64,000 bases of DNA from an uncultured Acidobacteriaceae bacterium (GCA_963783065.1 CAWAMG010000004.1:1480010-1544009); one strand, 5' to 3'. Positions 20,318 through 31,243 are shown, counted from the stretch's first letter. Notes: generated by a model from the letters alone, not told the origin. Numbers and translations: made by a program.

Positions 20318-20953
20318 TCAGTCAGCCGGGCAGGTCAGCTTCATGCTGTCCATGGAGTGGACAAGCTGATCGATCACGGCGCGCGAGGCTCCGGAAAACC
20401 AGAAAATCAGGAACTGGCCGTTGCATGTGGCGCCCACCTGCGCACCATAGAAGCGAACGGGGGTGTCACCGCCCGAGCCCCCGCCTGAGTTGGCTCGATA
20501 GAAGGTGCGGCCCGCGATAAGCACCGGTTCGAGCTCGACTTTGCCTTTGAAGATGGTGGATTGGCCGATCGTCAGGCGCATGAACTGCTCCACATCGGTC
20601 ACCTCCAGCGCGCCAACCGGGTCGGCTGTGATGAAGACGCCGCTGCGCACCTGGCCGGTGGGCTTCTCCAGAGCCGCAAAAAGATATTCGCTGTTGCCGT
20701 TCTTCTGGCCGGTGCCGACGGGCATGCCGTTGAGCGAGGTCTGCACCTCGAGCGAGGCGGGGAACGTGTATCGCAGGCCGAATCGGGAATCGATGTACGC
20801 GCTGCCTTCGACCGACCCATGGGCTGGCGCGGCCTGGCCCGCCGAGGCCTTTCCCGAAGGAACCTGGGCGATGCCGCCCAGACAAACGAGCAGGCCGATC
20901 GATGTTAGAGCTGCGACGACAAGTCTATTTCGATTCAGCAACTTACTCTCCAT
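20318..20953 (-). CDS. Hypothetical exported protein
   Basis: N-terminal hydrophobic signal (LVVAALTSIGLLVCLGGIAQ), YIDSRFGLRYTFP; start trimmed to ATG 20953. Confidence 0.65.
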   Translation of the reverse strand: MESKLLNRNRLVVAALTSIGLLVCLGGIAQVPSGKASAGQAAPAHGSVEGSAYIDSRFGLRYTFPASLEVQTSLNGMPVGTGQKNGNSEYLFAALEKPTGQVRSGVFITADPVGALEVTDVEQFMRLTIGQSTIFKGKVELEPVLIAGRTFYRANSGGGSGGDTPVRFYGAQVGATCNGQFLIFWFSGASRAVIDQLVHSMDSMKLTCPAD

Positions 20954-21230
20954 TTTGCTCTTCCCGGCTGCCCCATCCCGGGAGCGAATCAAGCCTCCAC
21001 GCGCCAGCTCCCACTGCGAATGGTAACGCAACCACCGTTGCTGTTCCCGCATTGTACGGGGACCGCTCAGGGTTCAGACGGTGGAAGGCTGCGCCACCGA
21101 ATGCCGAATCGCCCTGCTGGTAGAATGAAGACTGCCGCACCGTGTGGCAATTCGCCGCGGTGGCGCCCTCCAACCCCATAGTCCACTCGCCCCGACGGCG
21201 GGGGCCCGAACCAAAAGGAAAATCTCCCCT

Positions 21231-23045
21231 GTGACCCAGACGATACGCAATATCGCCATCATCGCCCATGTCGACCATGGCAAGACAACGCTTGTGGACG
21301 CCATGTTGCGGCAGTCGGGCACATTTCGCGCCAACGAGCAGGTGGCCGACCGGGTGATGGACTCGAACGAACTGGAGCGGGAGCGCGGCATCACCATCCT
21401 TGCCAAGAACACGGCCATCAACTTTGCCGGCGGCAAAATTAACATCGTGGATACGCCGGGCCACGCTGACTTTGGCGGCGAGGTGGAGCGCGCGCTCAAG
21501 ATGGTGGATGGAGTAATGCTGCTGGTAGACGCTGCCGAGGGGCCGCTGCCGCAGACGCGCTATGTGCTGTCGAAGGCGCTCGAAGCCAAGCTGAAGCCAA
21601 TCGTTGTAATCAACAAAATCGACCGCCCCGATGCGCGTCCGCAAGAAGTGCTGGACGAGATCTATGACCTCTTCATCGATCTGGACGCGGAAGAGTCGCA
21701 GCTGGATTTTCCAGTGCTTTATGCAGTTGCCAAGGCAGGCACGGCGTCGCTCGACCCGGCCAAGCCCGGCACCGATTTGCAGCCGCTCTTTGAGACCATC
21801 GTCTCCACCATCCCTGCTGCCACCGGCGATGCCGAAGGCGCGTTGCAGATTCTGGTGACGAACCTCGACTACTCCGAATACTTCGGCCGTATCGCCATCT
21901 GTCGCGTCTTTCAGGGAACGCTGCACGCGGGCGACGACGTGTTCATCTCCAAGCGCGACGGCTCGCTGATGAAGACGCGCATCACCAAGCTCTTCACCTT
22001 CAATGGCCTCAAGCGAACTGAGACCACCGAGACCACCATGGGCGACATCATCGCTGTGGCCGGCGTTGAGGGAATCACCATCGGCGAAACCATTACCAGC
22101 GTCGAGAACCCCTCGCCGTTGCCGCTCATCGTGATCGACGAGCCGACCATCGCCATCCAGTTCAGCGTCAACAACTCGCCCTTTGCCGGGCGCGAGGGCA
22201 ACTACGTCACCAGCCGCAACCTGAGGGAGCGCCTCGAAAAGGAGTTGCTGACCAATGTCTCGATTCGCGTAGAAGACACCGGCTCGCCGGACACATTCAA
22301 GGTGCTGGGCCGTGGCGAGCTGCAGCTTGCGATTTTGATTGAGATGATGCGTCGCGAGGGATTCGAGCTCTCCGCAGGCCGCCCCGAGATCGTCACCAAG
22401 ACCGTGGACGGCCAGCGCATGGAGCCAGTGGAGCACCTCACCATCGACGTTCCCGAAGCCTACACCGGCACGGTGATTGAAAAGCTTGGGCCGCGCAAGG
22501 GCGAGATGACCAAGATGCACAATCACGGCTCGGGCCGCGTGCGCCTTGAGTTTCGCGTGCCCAGCCGCGGGCTCATCGGGCTTCGTGCTGAAATGCTCAC
22601 CGAGACGCGCGGCACCATCGTGATGAATGCGCTCTTCGATGGATACATTCCTTACCAGGGCGAGATTCCGCAGCGGCCCACCGGCGCGCTGATCTCCGAT
22701 CGTCAGGGCTTGACCACGACCTACTCGCTGAACGGCCTGCAGGAGCGCGGCATTCTGTTTGTCGGCGCCGGGGTTGAAGTCTATGAGGGAATGATCGTTG
22801 GCGAACACTCGCGCGACAACGACCTCGACGTGAACGTGGTACGCGAAAAGAAGATGACCAACATGCGCGCATCGAGTGCCGATGAGGCCATCCGCCTCGT
22901 GCCCGTGAAGGCCCTCAACCTTGAGCAGGCCATCGAGTTCATCGCCGAAGACGAGATGGTCGAGGTAACGCCCAAGTCGCTTCGCCTGCGCAAGAAGATC
23001 CTGCAGGCGAACCAGCGTCCCAAGCGCTGGCAGAAGGGCGAATAG
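21231..23045 (+). CDS. typA: Translational GTPase TypA/BipA
   Basis: [46 protein letters not shown]-terminal [12 protein letters not shown]; GTG start at 21231. Confidence 0.97.
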   Translation: MTQTIRNIAIIAHVDHGKTTLVDAMLRQSGTFRANEQVADRVMDSNELERERGITILAKNTAINFAGGKINIVDTPGHADFGGEVERALKMVDGVMLLVDAAEGPLPQTRYVLSKALEAKLKPIVVINKIDRPDARPQEVLDEIYDLFIDLDAEESQLDFPVLYAVAKAGTASLDPAKPGTDLQPLFETIVSTIPAATGDAEGALQILVTNLDYSEYFGRIAICRVFQGTLHAGDDVFISKRDGSLMKTRITKLFTFNGLKRTETTETTMGDIIAVAGVEGITIGETITSVENPSPLPLIVIDEPTIAIQFSVNNSPFAGREGNYVTSRNLRERLEKELLTNVSIRVEDTGSPDTFKVLGRGELQLAILIEMMRREGFELSAGRPEIVTKTVDGQRMEPVEHLTIDVPEAYTGTVIEKLGPRKGEMTKMHNHGSGRVRLEFRVPSRGLIGLRAEMLTETRGTIVMNALFDGYIPYQGEIPQRPTGALISDRQGLTTTYSLNGLQERGILFVGAGVEVYEGMIVGEHSRDNDLDVNVVREKKMTNMRASSADEAIRLVPVKALNLEQAIEFIAEDEMVEVTPKSLRLRKKILQANQRPKRWQKGE

Positions 23046-23084
23046 CGAGTAGAGCAATGGGCCGTTTGATAATATCTCTTGCAA

Positions 23085-23437
23085 ATGGCCGGGCTCGTTC
23101 TTGACATCTACATCGAGTTCTTCTTCCGAACGATTTTGAATCTCGTCTGAAGAATCGGAACCCGCGATTGGCCGGTTTTGACGGCGACTCGTCTCCAGGT
23201 CGGAGAAACGCGATTTGGGCGTCGGCTGCACCGTCATTGTCATCCATTACAAGTATCGCAATGCCGATCTACGCGGCGAAGGAACACATAAAAGAGCCGT
23301 TCCTGTTCGATAATTACGCGGATGCGTATCTGCGGCGCTTTCCCGGCGGGGCTGAGTTTCCGGTGCGTGTCAACCCGAGTGATCCCTCGAAGTCCATCCC
23401 TGAAGATCGAAAGATCGTCTTCACACGGGTAAAATAG
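23085..23437 (+). pseudogene. Disrupted small DUF3592-like membrane protein
   Basis: Reconstructable as MAGLVLDIYIEFFFRTILNLV*RIGTRDWPVLTAT / VSRSEKRDLGVGCTVIVIHYKYRNADLRGEGTH / KEPFLFDNYADAYLRRFPGGAEFPVRVNPSDPSKS: one in-frame TGA (23148-23150) and two frameshifts. Confidence 0.5.
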
Positions 23438-23442
23438 CCCGC

Positions 23443-23745
23443 CTAGTCGTCCTCAATTCTGTGCTCGCCTGGGAGCATCGCCTGGTGCAGAATTCGACTG
23501 ATAAAAATTCCGCTGGAGTCCGCCCTGTAAATAATGACGTGCCTTACGTGCTCAACACGTCGGTATCCTGGCCGGATTCGATCGCATCTGCGGCCGATTT
23601 TGGGGGTCTCGGCAATTCGATTGAAGCAGGCTTCCAGTCCATCGAGATAGCGTAAAGTCTGCTCCACGCCCCAAGTGTCGAGCGTGTAATCGGCGATGTC
23701 GATCATGTCGAGGCGCGCCAGTTTCGAAAGTCGATAAACTTGCAA
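23443..23745 (-). CDS. parE: Type II toxin, ParE family
   Basis: YRLSKLARLDMIDIADYTLDTWGVEQTLRYL...PKIGR...YRR...HVIIYR...RILHQAM. Confidence 0.9.
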   Translation of the reverse strand: MQVYRLSKLARLDMIDIADYTLDTWGVEQTLRYLDGLEACFNRIAETPKIGRRCDRIRPGYRRVEHVRHVIIYRADSSGIFISRILHQAMLPGEHRIEDD

Positions 23746-23748
23746 TTC

Positions 23749-24015
23749 TCAGGCCCCGCGCTTCATCCGGGCCCGCATGCGCACACGATCGCGAATCTCG
23801 CCAAAAACGTCCCCCTCGGCGACCCCGCTTTCTTCGCCTGCCAGGACAGCCGCGCGCAGCGCATCCAGCTTCGCTTCGTCTTCCTTTTCAGCCTTATTCA
23901 GCGCCCGCAGACCAGCACGCATCACTTCACTTGCGTTTGCGTAATGGCCACGCTTGATTCTGCTCTCAACAAACTTATCCAGCTGGGGCGTCAGGTTGAT
24001 ATTGCGGGTTGGCAT
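23749..24015 (-). CDS. parD: Type II antitoxin, ParD (RHH) family
   Basis: TRNINLTPQLDKFVESRIKRGHYANASEVMRAGLRAL; lies 3 nt upstream of parE; inverted repeat tgaac-ctct-gttca (24018-24031) just upstream is a candidate operator. Confidence 0.9.
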   Translation of the reverse strand: MPTRNINLTPQLDKFVESRIKRGHYANASEVMRAGLRALNKAEKEDEAKLDALRAAVLAGEESGVAEGDVFGEIRDRVRMRARMKRGA

Positions 24016-24082
24016 CGTGAACCTCTGTTCAATTTAGAGTAGCTCGATTGGCAATAGTTGGCAACATCATGCGCAACGGCTC

Positions 24083-25746
24083 TCAATCCCAATTCTTCAC
24101 CTGCGGCCAGAACTCCGCAAGCGGCTGCTTCAATCCCTGGCACCAATAAACGTCCACATGGTTGTAAGGCATGGAGTAGGGATTGTCGACCTTGGCCATC
24201 CATTTGACCGAAGTGAATATCTCTTCCAGCCGCGCGCGCCGATCGCCCATGACAATCATGCTTTCGCCGGTGTAGCCGCGCGGACCCCACAAATACAAAC
24301 TTTGATGCCCGCTGATGGCCTGGGGCAGACCAAGGCGCGGGCCGTAGTAGTCGATTGCGCCGGCCTGACCGTAGCTCTGCGCGAAGATAGCCGTGCGAGG
24401 ACGCACGTCGGCCGGAAGACTGTTGTAGACCGAGGCAACGGTGGCGGCCATCTCAGGCCAGCCAAACTGGTCGGCCAAGAGCTGCGGCAATGGCCCAAGC
24501 TCGTGGTTCTCGATGCGTGGCTGCTCCTGGTGCGTCACCTTCGAGTATCGAATGAAGTCCTCCGGTGAGAGCACGGGAATCACGATCGGCGCGAGCGCCG
24601 CGCCCATCAGGATCATCAGCGTGACCCACGCCCCCTTGAGAATGACCCAGCGGCGATGCTGCAGCAGCCGCTCCCACAGCACCGCGCCGCCGGCGAAGAC
24701 AACCGGGAAGGCCGGAAACAGATAGTAAATGCGCGGGCTGAGAACCATGATCATGGCCGCGGTGATGACCAAGGCCCAGCCAAGGAAGCGATAGGGGCGG
24801 CCATCCGCCTGAAGAAAAAGAAATCAAGGCCGGCGAGCCAGATAGGCAGGCTGAGCGGCAGCATGGCCGCCTGCTCCTGTATCAAAAAGCGGAACGGCGA
24901 AAGCGCCACGTCGCGGCCGCTGCGCTTGATGTTCCGCTGCAGCTCGAGAAACGGAAAGTGGTGGACGATGTTCCAGACAAGGTTGGGCAGGAAGATCAGA
25001 AATGCGATTGCGCCGCCGATCCAGAACCAGCGCGAAGCAAACAAGCGATATTGCCTCGCGAGCACCAGGCCGGCAACCAGCGCGAAGCCGAAGAGGCCCA
25101 TAGAGTATTTGTTTTCAAGGCCCAGCCCCGCGACCACGCCGAACCAGAGCCAGAGGCGCGCGTCGCCAGTTCGGACGATGCGGATGAGCAGCCAGGCACA
25201 GCCCATCCAGAAGAGCGGCTCAAAGCTGTTCATGCTGAAGAAGTGATCGACGCCGAGCAGGCCCGGCGCAACCAGCACGCACAGCGCGCTGAGGAACTGC
25301 GCAAAGCGGCCGCCGCCAAGCTCGCGCGCGATCAGGCCAGTGAGCAGAATCTCCGCCGCGCCGGCCAGGATTGTAAGGCTGCGCAGCGCAAGCAGCGAGT
25401 TGCCGAGGACGGCATGCTCAAACCATGCCAGCACCGCCACCAGGGGCGGCTGATCGACATAACCCCAGGCTAGATGGCGCGCGCAATCCATGTAATAGAG
25501 CTCATCGACGAAGAATCCGTAGCGGCGTCCGGTGTAGAGGTGTACCGCAATCTTGACCAGCGCGAGGATGAGGACAGCAAGTCCTGAGCCGAGCAGCCAG
25601 GGGCGCGTTGATGCGGCGCGCGAGGAACCACTCGTGGATTCGGGCAATGAAGCGGAAAGAGTGGTTTGCACAGAGATCTCCCGTGCTGAGTTGCGTACAA
25701 GAGAAGGATACGGGAGTCGCGCCGCGGAGGTTCCCGAACTGTTCAA
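24083..25746 (-). CDS. GT-C glycosyltransferase (family 39/ArnT-like), frameshifted at ~24815
   Basis: YGFFVDELYY, LAWGYVDQPPL, GLGLENKYS, PNLVWN in the 5' ORF; ADQFGWPEMA, SYGQAGAIDYYG in the 3' ORF; the break falls in a T-rich tract. Confidence 0.82.
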
Positions 25747-25768
25747 TCAGACCCTGTTCACGCGGGAT

Positions 25769-26947
25769 TCATCCAAGCCGCCGCTTGGCTTCGAGCACCC
25801 GCTCCAGCGCTTCTTCGGCAGTTGCGCCAGCGCTCGACAGGTGCCCCATCTTCCGGCCGCGGCGCGGCGTGTGCTTTTCGTAGAGATGCAGGCGAACGCC
25901 GGGCACTTCGAGCGCTGAGGCAAAGTTGGGCGAGCCTTTGGGCGCGTCGAGCCAGACCTCGCCGAGCAGGTTGGCGATGGCGCAGGGCGCGATGAGGCTT
26001 GTGTCGCCGAGAGGCAGATTGCACATGGCCCGGACCATCTGCTCAAACTGGCTGGTCGCGCATCCGCGCTCGCTCTGGTGATAGCTGTTATGGGTGCGCG
26101 GGGCAAGCTCGTTGACCAGGAGTTCACCCGCGCGCGTAACGAAGAACTCCACGCAGAGCAAGCCCTCGATGCCGATTCGCGCGATGATGTCAGCGGCCAG
26201 CGCTTCGGCCTTCAACTCGATTTCGGCCGGCACGCCGGCGGGCAGCACGCTCCAGGCAAGAATCTGATTCTCGTGATGATTGCGCGCAGCAGGGTAGCTT
26301 CGGACTTCGCCTGAGGGATTGCGCGCGGCCATCACGCTGATCTCGCACTCGAGTTCGAGCGCCTGTTCGGCAACTGCAGCAGTCGCGCCGAGCTCCCGCC
26401 ACACTCGTGCAAAATCGGAGCCGTGCGCAACACGCGCCTGCCCGCGCCCGTCGTATCCGCCTCGGCCAATCTTGAGAAAGACATTCCCGCCAAGCGCGGG
26501 TACGGCCTCGCTCAGATCGGCCTCGTTGCGCACCACGCGAAACGGCCCGACAGGAAAGCCGTTCTCGGCGAGCCACGCCTTCTGCAGCGTCTTGTCCTGG
26601 ATAATTCGGATGGGCTCGACGCCGGGACGGAGCGGCGCAATTTGTGCGACAGCGGACAGCGCGTCCACGCCGATCTGCTCAATCTCAAGCGTGACCGCGT
26701 CGACGCCGGTTGCAAGGCGTCGCGCTGCATCTACATCGTCCCAGCGGCCAACAATCACTTCGTCCGCAACAAAGCTGGCCGGGCAGGCGGCCTCGGGATC
26801 CATCACCCGCACACGATAGCCCATAGTGCGCGCGGCCATTGCGGTCATGCGTCCCAGTTGTCCGCCGCCCAGAAATCCGAGTAACGCTCCAGGCAAGATG
26901 ACGGGTGCATTGCAGGGAGACTCTATGTCGTTGGGATCGGGGTTCAC
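25769..26947 (-). CDS. purK: N5-carboxyaminoimidazole ribonucleotide synthase
   Basis: [42 protein letters not shown]; GTG start overlaps the purE stop. Confidence 0.93.
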   Translation of the reverse strand: MNPDPNDIESPCNAPVILPGALLGFLGGGQLGRMTAMAARTMGYRVRVMDPEAACPASFVADEVIVGRWDDVDAARRLATGVDAVTLEIEQIGVDALSAVAQIAPLRPGVEPIRIIQDKTLQKAWLAENGFPVGPFRVVRNEADLSEAVPALGGNVFLKIGRGGYDGRGQARVAHGSDFARVWRELGATAAVAEQALELECEISVMAARNPSGEVRSYPAARNHHENQILAWSVLPAGVPAEIELKAEALAADIIARIGIEGLLCVEFFVTRAGELLVNELAPRTHNSYHQSERGCATSQFEQMVRAMCNLPLGDTSLIAPCAIANLLGEVWLDAPKGSPNFASALEVPGVRLHLYEKHTPRRGRKMGHLSSAGATAEEALERVLEAKRRLG

Positions 26948-27436
26948 CCCGGCAGCTCCTGCTCGAGCACTTCTTGAGTGCGAGCAAAGCGCCACGCAAC
27001 AAGACGGTCGTAGAGCTCAAGGTCCTGCGTGGCGAGAATTTCGGCGGCGAGCAGCGCAGCATTTGCCGCGCCGGGCTTGCCAATGGCGAGTGTGCCCACG
27101 GGAACTCCTTTGGGCATCTGCACGATGGAGAGGAGAGAATCCATGCCGTTGAGCTGCTGTGGCGGCCACGGGAACGCCAAGGACAGGGACCAGCGTCTTG
27201 GCAGCAAGCATTCCAGGCAGATGAGCCGCGCCGCCCGCTCCGGCAATGATCACGCGCAGGCCGCGCGCTTTGGCGGTGTCGGCGTATTCAAAGAGCCAGT
27301 CGGGAGTGCGATGCGCGCTGACAACGCGCGCCTCATGGGGAATCTGGAGCGCCTCCAGGATTTCCACGGCGGCGGAGAGGACCTCGTAGTCGCTCTTGCT
27401 GCCCATTACCACGCCCACCAACGGCTGAGTGCTCAT
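26944..27436 (-). CDS. purE: N5-CAIR mutase PurE, with a +1 frameshift at ~27157
   Basis: [32 protein letters not shown], then in the next frame [32 protein letters not shown]. Confidence 0.93.
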
Positions 27437-27515
27437 AGCGCTGATTATAAGGGCGCGCAGTCGCCGAGCCGCGCGGGAATGCTGCGTGAACTCTTGTGAT
27501 CCGGTATACGCTCGA

Positions 27516-27737
27516 TCAGCGCCGGAACCACGCTTGCACGGCAACTTCGATGACCGCGAACACCACGCTGACCGCGGCCAGAAAACCTTTGGCGCGCTGC
27601 CAGTTCTGCTCGTGCCGGTCCATGCGCCGTTCCAGCTCCGCAATGCGCCCGCCGTTGCCATCGCCCACCAGGCCAGTGATCTGTGTCTTGAGTACGCTCA
27701 GGTCGCTCAACACTTGCGCTTCGAATTCATTCATCAT
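27516..27737 (-). CDS. Small coiled-coil protein with C-terminal TM (XhlA/holin-like architecture)
   Basis: [73 protein letters not shown]; its ATG overlaps (ATGA) the stop of an upstream gene fragment. Confidence 0.65.
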   Translation of the reverse strand: MMNEFEAQVLSDLSVLKTQITGLVGDGNGGRIAELERRMDRHEQNWQRAKGFLAAVSVVFAVIEVAVQAWFRR

Positions 27738-27829
27738 CCGCATCCGCCTGGCTCCATGTGTCGAAATATTCCGGTGTCCGTCCCGCTCACGAACTCACCG
27801 GCAAATTGATGAAAAGCGCCGTTGAAAAC
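27734..27829 (-). pseudogene. 3'-terminal fragment of an unidentified gene (31 codons plus stop)
   Basis: Reads [31 protein letters not shown]; the stop is coupled to the next ATG; the frame is closed by a TGA immediately upstream at the junction. Confidence 0.45.
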
Positions 27830-27834
27830 TCAGA

Positions 27835-28158
27835 GTACTCAGTGCTCGTAGTCCCATCGCTCATCTGGTAAATCGCGGTGTAGTAGAGCCCTGCCGGCGT
27901 CGATCCCAGGTTCGGCGCAAGGTTCACGCTCACAAACCCATCCGCCGCAATCGCCGTCGTCAAACTCCCCGCCGCCACAGCTTGCCCGCTTGCCGTCGTA
28001 AACGCGGGCCAACTCAAGCTCAGCGTCCCCGGCCCCGTCGCGCCATTGGCCAGGTACACCGTACCCTGAACGGTTGTGGTGCTTACAGCCTGGCCATGTG
28101 CCAGGATTCCCAATCCCGTCAACAGCAAGCTCAACACCAGCTTTAGCCCAGGTTTCAT
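27835..28158 (-). pseudogene. 5' fragment of a secreted beta-rich protein, truncated at the junction
   Basis: Signal peptide MKPGLKLVLSLLLTGLGILAHGQ, then TTTVQGTVYLANG...SWPAFTTASG...DGFVSVNLAPNLGSTPAGLYYTAIYQMSDGTTSTEY; uniform G-ending codons stop abruptly at 27835. Confidence 0.55.
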
Positions 28159-28301
28159 CCATCGACGCGTGTGCAACAGGCTCTCATTCATTGTGAGCTC
28201 CATCTCCATCTCTTCCTCTTCCATTGGAAACCGGCGATAAGAAAGGGTGCTTCCCCCTTTTCCCGCCGCTGTCCGATGCTGATTCTTGCCCGCTTCTTCC
28301 A

Positions 28302-28730
28302 CTACTCCGGCTCACGGACGCCTATGCCGGTCTCAGCTTTCTCCTCATCCAACTCGTCCTGCCACGGTGGCTCTGCCGCCCACGCCAGCGCCTGGCTCCT
28401 GAGCGGTCCACGCTCCAATGCTTCCATCACGTCCGCCTCTTTTTTCGCCAGTTCCGCCAGCATGTTCGTACTCTTAGGGTCGCCCCTCATCGCTCGCTTC
28501 ATAAGCTCCTCGGCGAGCTTTGATCCCCGGTCCCCCATCACCCCAAGCGCTTCCTGATTCAGTCCCTTCCCGTCGTCCTCGTCCGGCTCCGGCTGCTCCG
28601 TTCCTCTTGATTTCCCGGTCCTTGGTTTCGATCTCTTCTCCCTCGCTGGTTTGGATGTCCTTTTCCCCGCTCCTGCCTTCTTCCCCGCCGCTGCCTTCTT
28701 CTTTTCCGTTGCCTCTGCCCCTGTTGTCAT
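28302..28730 (-). CDS. Hypothetical protein (Lys-rich N-terminus, helical core)
   Basis: ORF with KLAEELMKRAMRGDPKSTNMLAELA and SQALAWAAEPPWQD; strand-typical codon usage; co-oriented with the truncated gene. Confidence 0.65.
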   Translation of the reverse strand: MTTGAEATEKKKAAAGKKAGAGKRTSKPAREKRSKPRTGKSRGTEQPEPDEDDGKGLNQEALGVMGDRGSKLAEELMKRAMRGDPKSTNMLAELAKKEADVMEALERGPLRSQALAWAAEPPWQDELDEEKAETGIGVREPE

Positions 28731-29170
28731 CCGTCCACCCATCCCATTCCAGCTCTCCGTGGATGTGCGCGGTCTTTCGGGAATTAAAGACTGCAGCAGC
28801 TCCCTCGTAGAGTCTCCCCTGTTTCAATTCTCCCCTTACGGTTTGCCCTCGAATTCTGGCACGATTTTCCATTGCGAAGAGACCTTTCAGCTCTTCCACC
28901 GCTGCGTACATTCCTTTGAATGCTCTAAGCTTACTCAAGCTCTACAGAATGATGCGCAAATCCAGCCCCAGACAATGTCGCCTGTTTTGAGCAAGTTAAC
29001 CGCAAAATCTTCCGCGAGGCCCTCGACAACAACTCCGCCGCACCCCAAAAACCCCGCTCCAACACTCCTCAAACCGCATGCGCACGCCCTCTTTGCGGCG
29101 CAAGCCGCGGCTGCCGCACCGCAGGTGCCCGCGCCCGCCGCACGCCGGGCGCCTGCGTTACCATAACCCC

Positions 29171-30225
29171 GTGCCACCTCAGCCCGTCCGCGACCCCATC
29201 CTTCTCGTCCACGGCGGAGCATGGGCCATCCCCGCCGACGCTGCCGAAGCCCACGAGGCCGGCGTCCGCCGCGCCCTCGAAGCCGGATACGCCATCCTCT
29301 CCCGCGGCGGCTCCGCCCTCGACGCCGTCAGGCCGCCGTCACCGTCCTTGAAGATGACCCCACATTCGACGCCGGCCGCGGCAGCTTTCTCACCTCCGAC
29401 GGCCGCGTCCAGCTCGACGCGCTCCTCATGGACGGCGGCCGCATGAAAGCCGGCGGCGTCGCCTGCGTCGAGCGCCTCCGCAACCCCATCCAGGCCGCCC
29501 GCCTTGTCTTGGAGGAGTCGCCACACGTCTATTTTGTTGGTGAAGGCGCGGAGCGCTTCGCCGCCGCCCACGGCATCGCCCTCATCGACAACAGCGAACT
29601 CGTTCTCGATCGCGAGCGCGCCCGCCTCGCCCTGGCCCAGCAGCGCCACGCCGCAGGCCTCGCCGACAACACCTTCTCCGGCCTCGAAGACGACAAAAGC
29701 CCCGAGACTGCTGTCCAAATAGATCAAGCTTTGGGAACTGCGGAGAAGCCGGGTGCCCCAGGTCTGGATTCTCAGACCTGGGAGACAATGAATCCAACGT
29801 TCGACCCGGGAACGGACTCCCACGACACCGTCGGCGCCGTCGCCCTCGACGGCCACGGCAATCTCGCCGCCGGCACCTCCACCGGTGGCACCCTCAACAA
29901 GACGCCCGGCCGTGTCGGCGACTCTTCCCTCATCGGTTGCGGCTGCTACGCCGACAATCTCTCCGCCGCCGTCTCCCTCACCGGCTGGGGCGAGCCCATC
30001 ATGAAGCTCGTCCTCGGCAAATGGGCCACCGACCGCGTCGCCGCCGGCACTGCCCCGGAGATCGCCGCCCGCGAAGCCATCTCCTACCTCTACAACCGAC
30101 TCGGCGGACACGGCGGCATCATCCTCCTCGGCCCCGACGGCCGCTTCGGCCTCGCCCACAACACCCCCGCCATGGCCTGGGGCCTCGCCACCCCCTCCGG
30201 CCTCCAAACCGGCCTCACCATCTAA
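29171..30225 (+). CDS. iaaA: Isoaspartyl peptidase/L-asparaginase (Ntn hydrolase), one base missing at ~29330
   Basis: ILLVHGGAWAIP, ALDAV(E)AAVTVLEDDPTFDAGRGS, QLDALLMDG, nucleophile HD-TVGAVA, TSTGG, GRVGDS. The sequence gtcAGgcc needs one G (gtc GAG gcc) to join the frames. Confidence 0.9.
29751..29784. repeat. REP-like family B copy, in frame inside iaaA
   Basis: gggtgccccaggtctggattctcagacctgggag differs by one base from the intergenic copy at 56138-56171. Confidence 0.85.
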
Positions 30226-30381
30226 TTTCTCGTTTCAAAAAGTTGGATCAACCACGGGCGGTCATCTTGTGCGACCCTGACGCCGAAAGCAGCGAGGCGG
30301 AATGGGGAGGCGAGGGATCTGCGGTTGTTTCCCATCGGCTAACCTGGCGGCTTGCTCGACGCCCCCTGCAATAATCTCCCT

Positions 30382-31107
30382 ATGCTGGTCCTCGCCTCCG
30401 CCTCCCCACGCCGCCGCGAACTCCTCACCCAGGCCGGCTTCACATTCGAGGTCCATCCCGCCCACATCCCTGAAGATCCTCTCCCCAACGAAGACCCCAT
30501 CGCCTACGTCACCCGCCTCGCCCGCCAAAAAGCCGAAGCCGTCTATTCCGAGATCACCAAAACAACTGCGGGTGCCCCATCCGATTCGCCGTCTTTCGAA
30601 GAAAGAACGCGAATAGGGTGGGAGACCACAACTGTTGGTCCGAAATTGACCGGCAAGTCGGCTTTGTATCAGGGCACGACTTCAGTCGTGCCGCAAGAAC
30701 CCCAAAAGAATGAAGGGGCTTTAGCCCCTGCGGAATCCATCATCGTCCTGGGCGCCGACACCACCGTAACCCTCGACAACCACATCCTCGGCAAACCCGA
30801 AAACGCAGCCGACGCCGCCCGCATGCTCCGTCTTCTCTCCGGCCGCACCCATCACGTCATCACCGGCGTCGCCGTCGTCACCGCCGCCCGCACCGAGGTC
30901 GCCGCCGAAGTCACCGCCGTCCGATTCCTCACCCTCTCCGAAGAGGACATCGCCGCCTACATCGCCACCGGCGAGCCCATGGACAAGGCCGGAGCCTACG
31001 CCATCCAGGGCCTCGCCGCCCGCTGGATTCCCCGCATCGAAGGCGACTACTTCAACGTCGTCGGCCTGCCCATCGCCCTCGTCTCCACCTTGCTCCAATC
31101 CCTCTAA
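30382..31107 (+). CDS. maf: Maf/YhdE nucleoside triphosphate pyrophosphatase with a ~55-aa insertion
   Basis: LVLASASPRRRELL, LARQKAEAV, IVLGADTTV, LGKP, LSGRTHHVITGV, MDKAGAYAIQG, NVVGLP; ATG at 30382. Confidence 0.93.
   Translation: MLVLASASPRRRELLTQAGFTFEVHPAHIPEDPLPNEDPIAYVTRLARQKAEAVYSEITKTTAGAPSDSPSFEERTRIGWETTTVGPKLTGKSALYQGTTSVVPQEPQKNEGALAPAESIIVLGADTTVTLDNHILGKPENAADAARMLRLLSGRTHHVITGVAVVTAARTEVAAEVTAVRFLTLSEEDIAAYIATGEPMDKAGAYAIQGLAARWIPRIEGDYFNVVGLPIALVSTLLQSL
30570..30731. repeat. Adjacent REP-like family B (30570-30629) and family A (30672-30731) copies inside maf
   Basis: gggtgccccatcc...agggtgggagaccac and gggcacgacttcagtcgtgccg...ggggctttagcccctg. Confidence 0.85.
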
Positions 31108-31139
31108 CCACGTCGAATGCTCGAACGCCAAGAACGGCC

Positions 31140-31187
31140 GGGTGCCCCACCTTCGCGACGTCTCTGTCTTTGTCGCTGGGGTGGGAT
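31140..31187. repeat. REP-like family B copy (intergenic)
   Basis: gggtgccccacc-hairpin-ggggtgggat. Confidence 0.75.
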
Positions 31188-31217
31188 TCATTGCCGCTCC
31201 GCCCCCTTCAAACAACA

Positions 31218-31243
31218 AAGGCCCCGCCGTAGCGGAGCCTTTT
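31218..31243. terminator. Probable bidirectional intrinsic terminator between maf and the GH31 gene
   Basis: aaggccccgc-cgta-gcggagcctt stem (one mismatch) flanked by A and T runs, between convergent genes. Confidence 0.55.

Noticed and set aside
20943-23243. Long antisense ORFs (766 aa opposite typA; also 2278-3369, 32081-33988, 56289-57296)
   Set aside because: Shadow frames of GC-rich genes with strong codon bias; no motifs.
27700-28950. Replication terminus (dif site) as the cause of the skew change
   Set aside because: No XerC/XerD dif-like 28-mer was recognised, and the left side looks unskewed rather than oppositely skewed. Not excluded without a computed skew plot.
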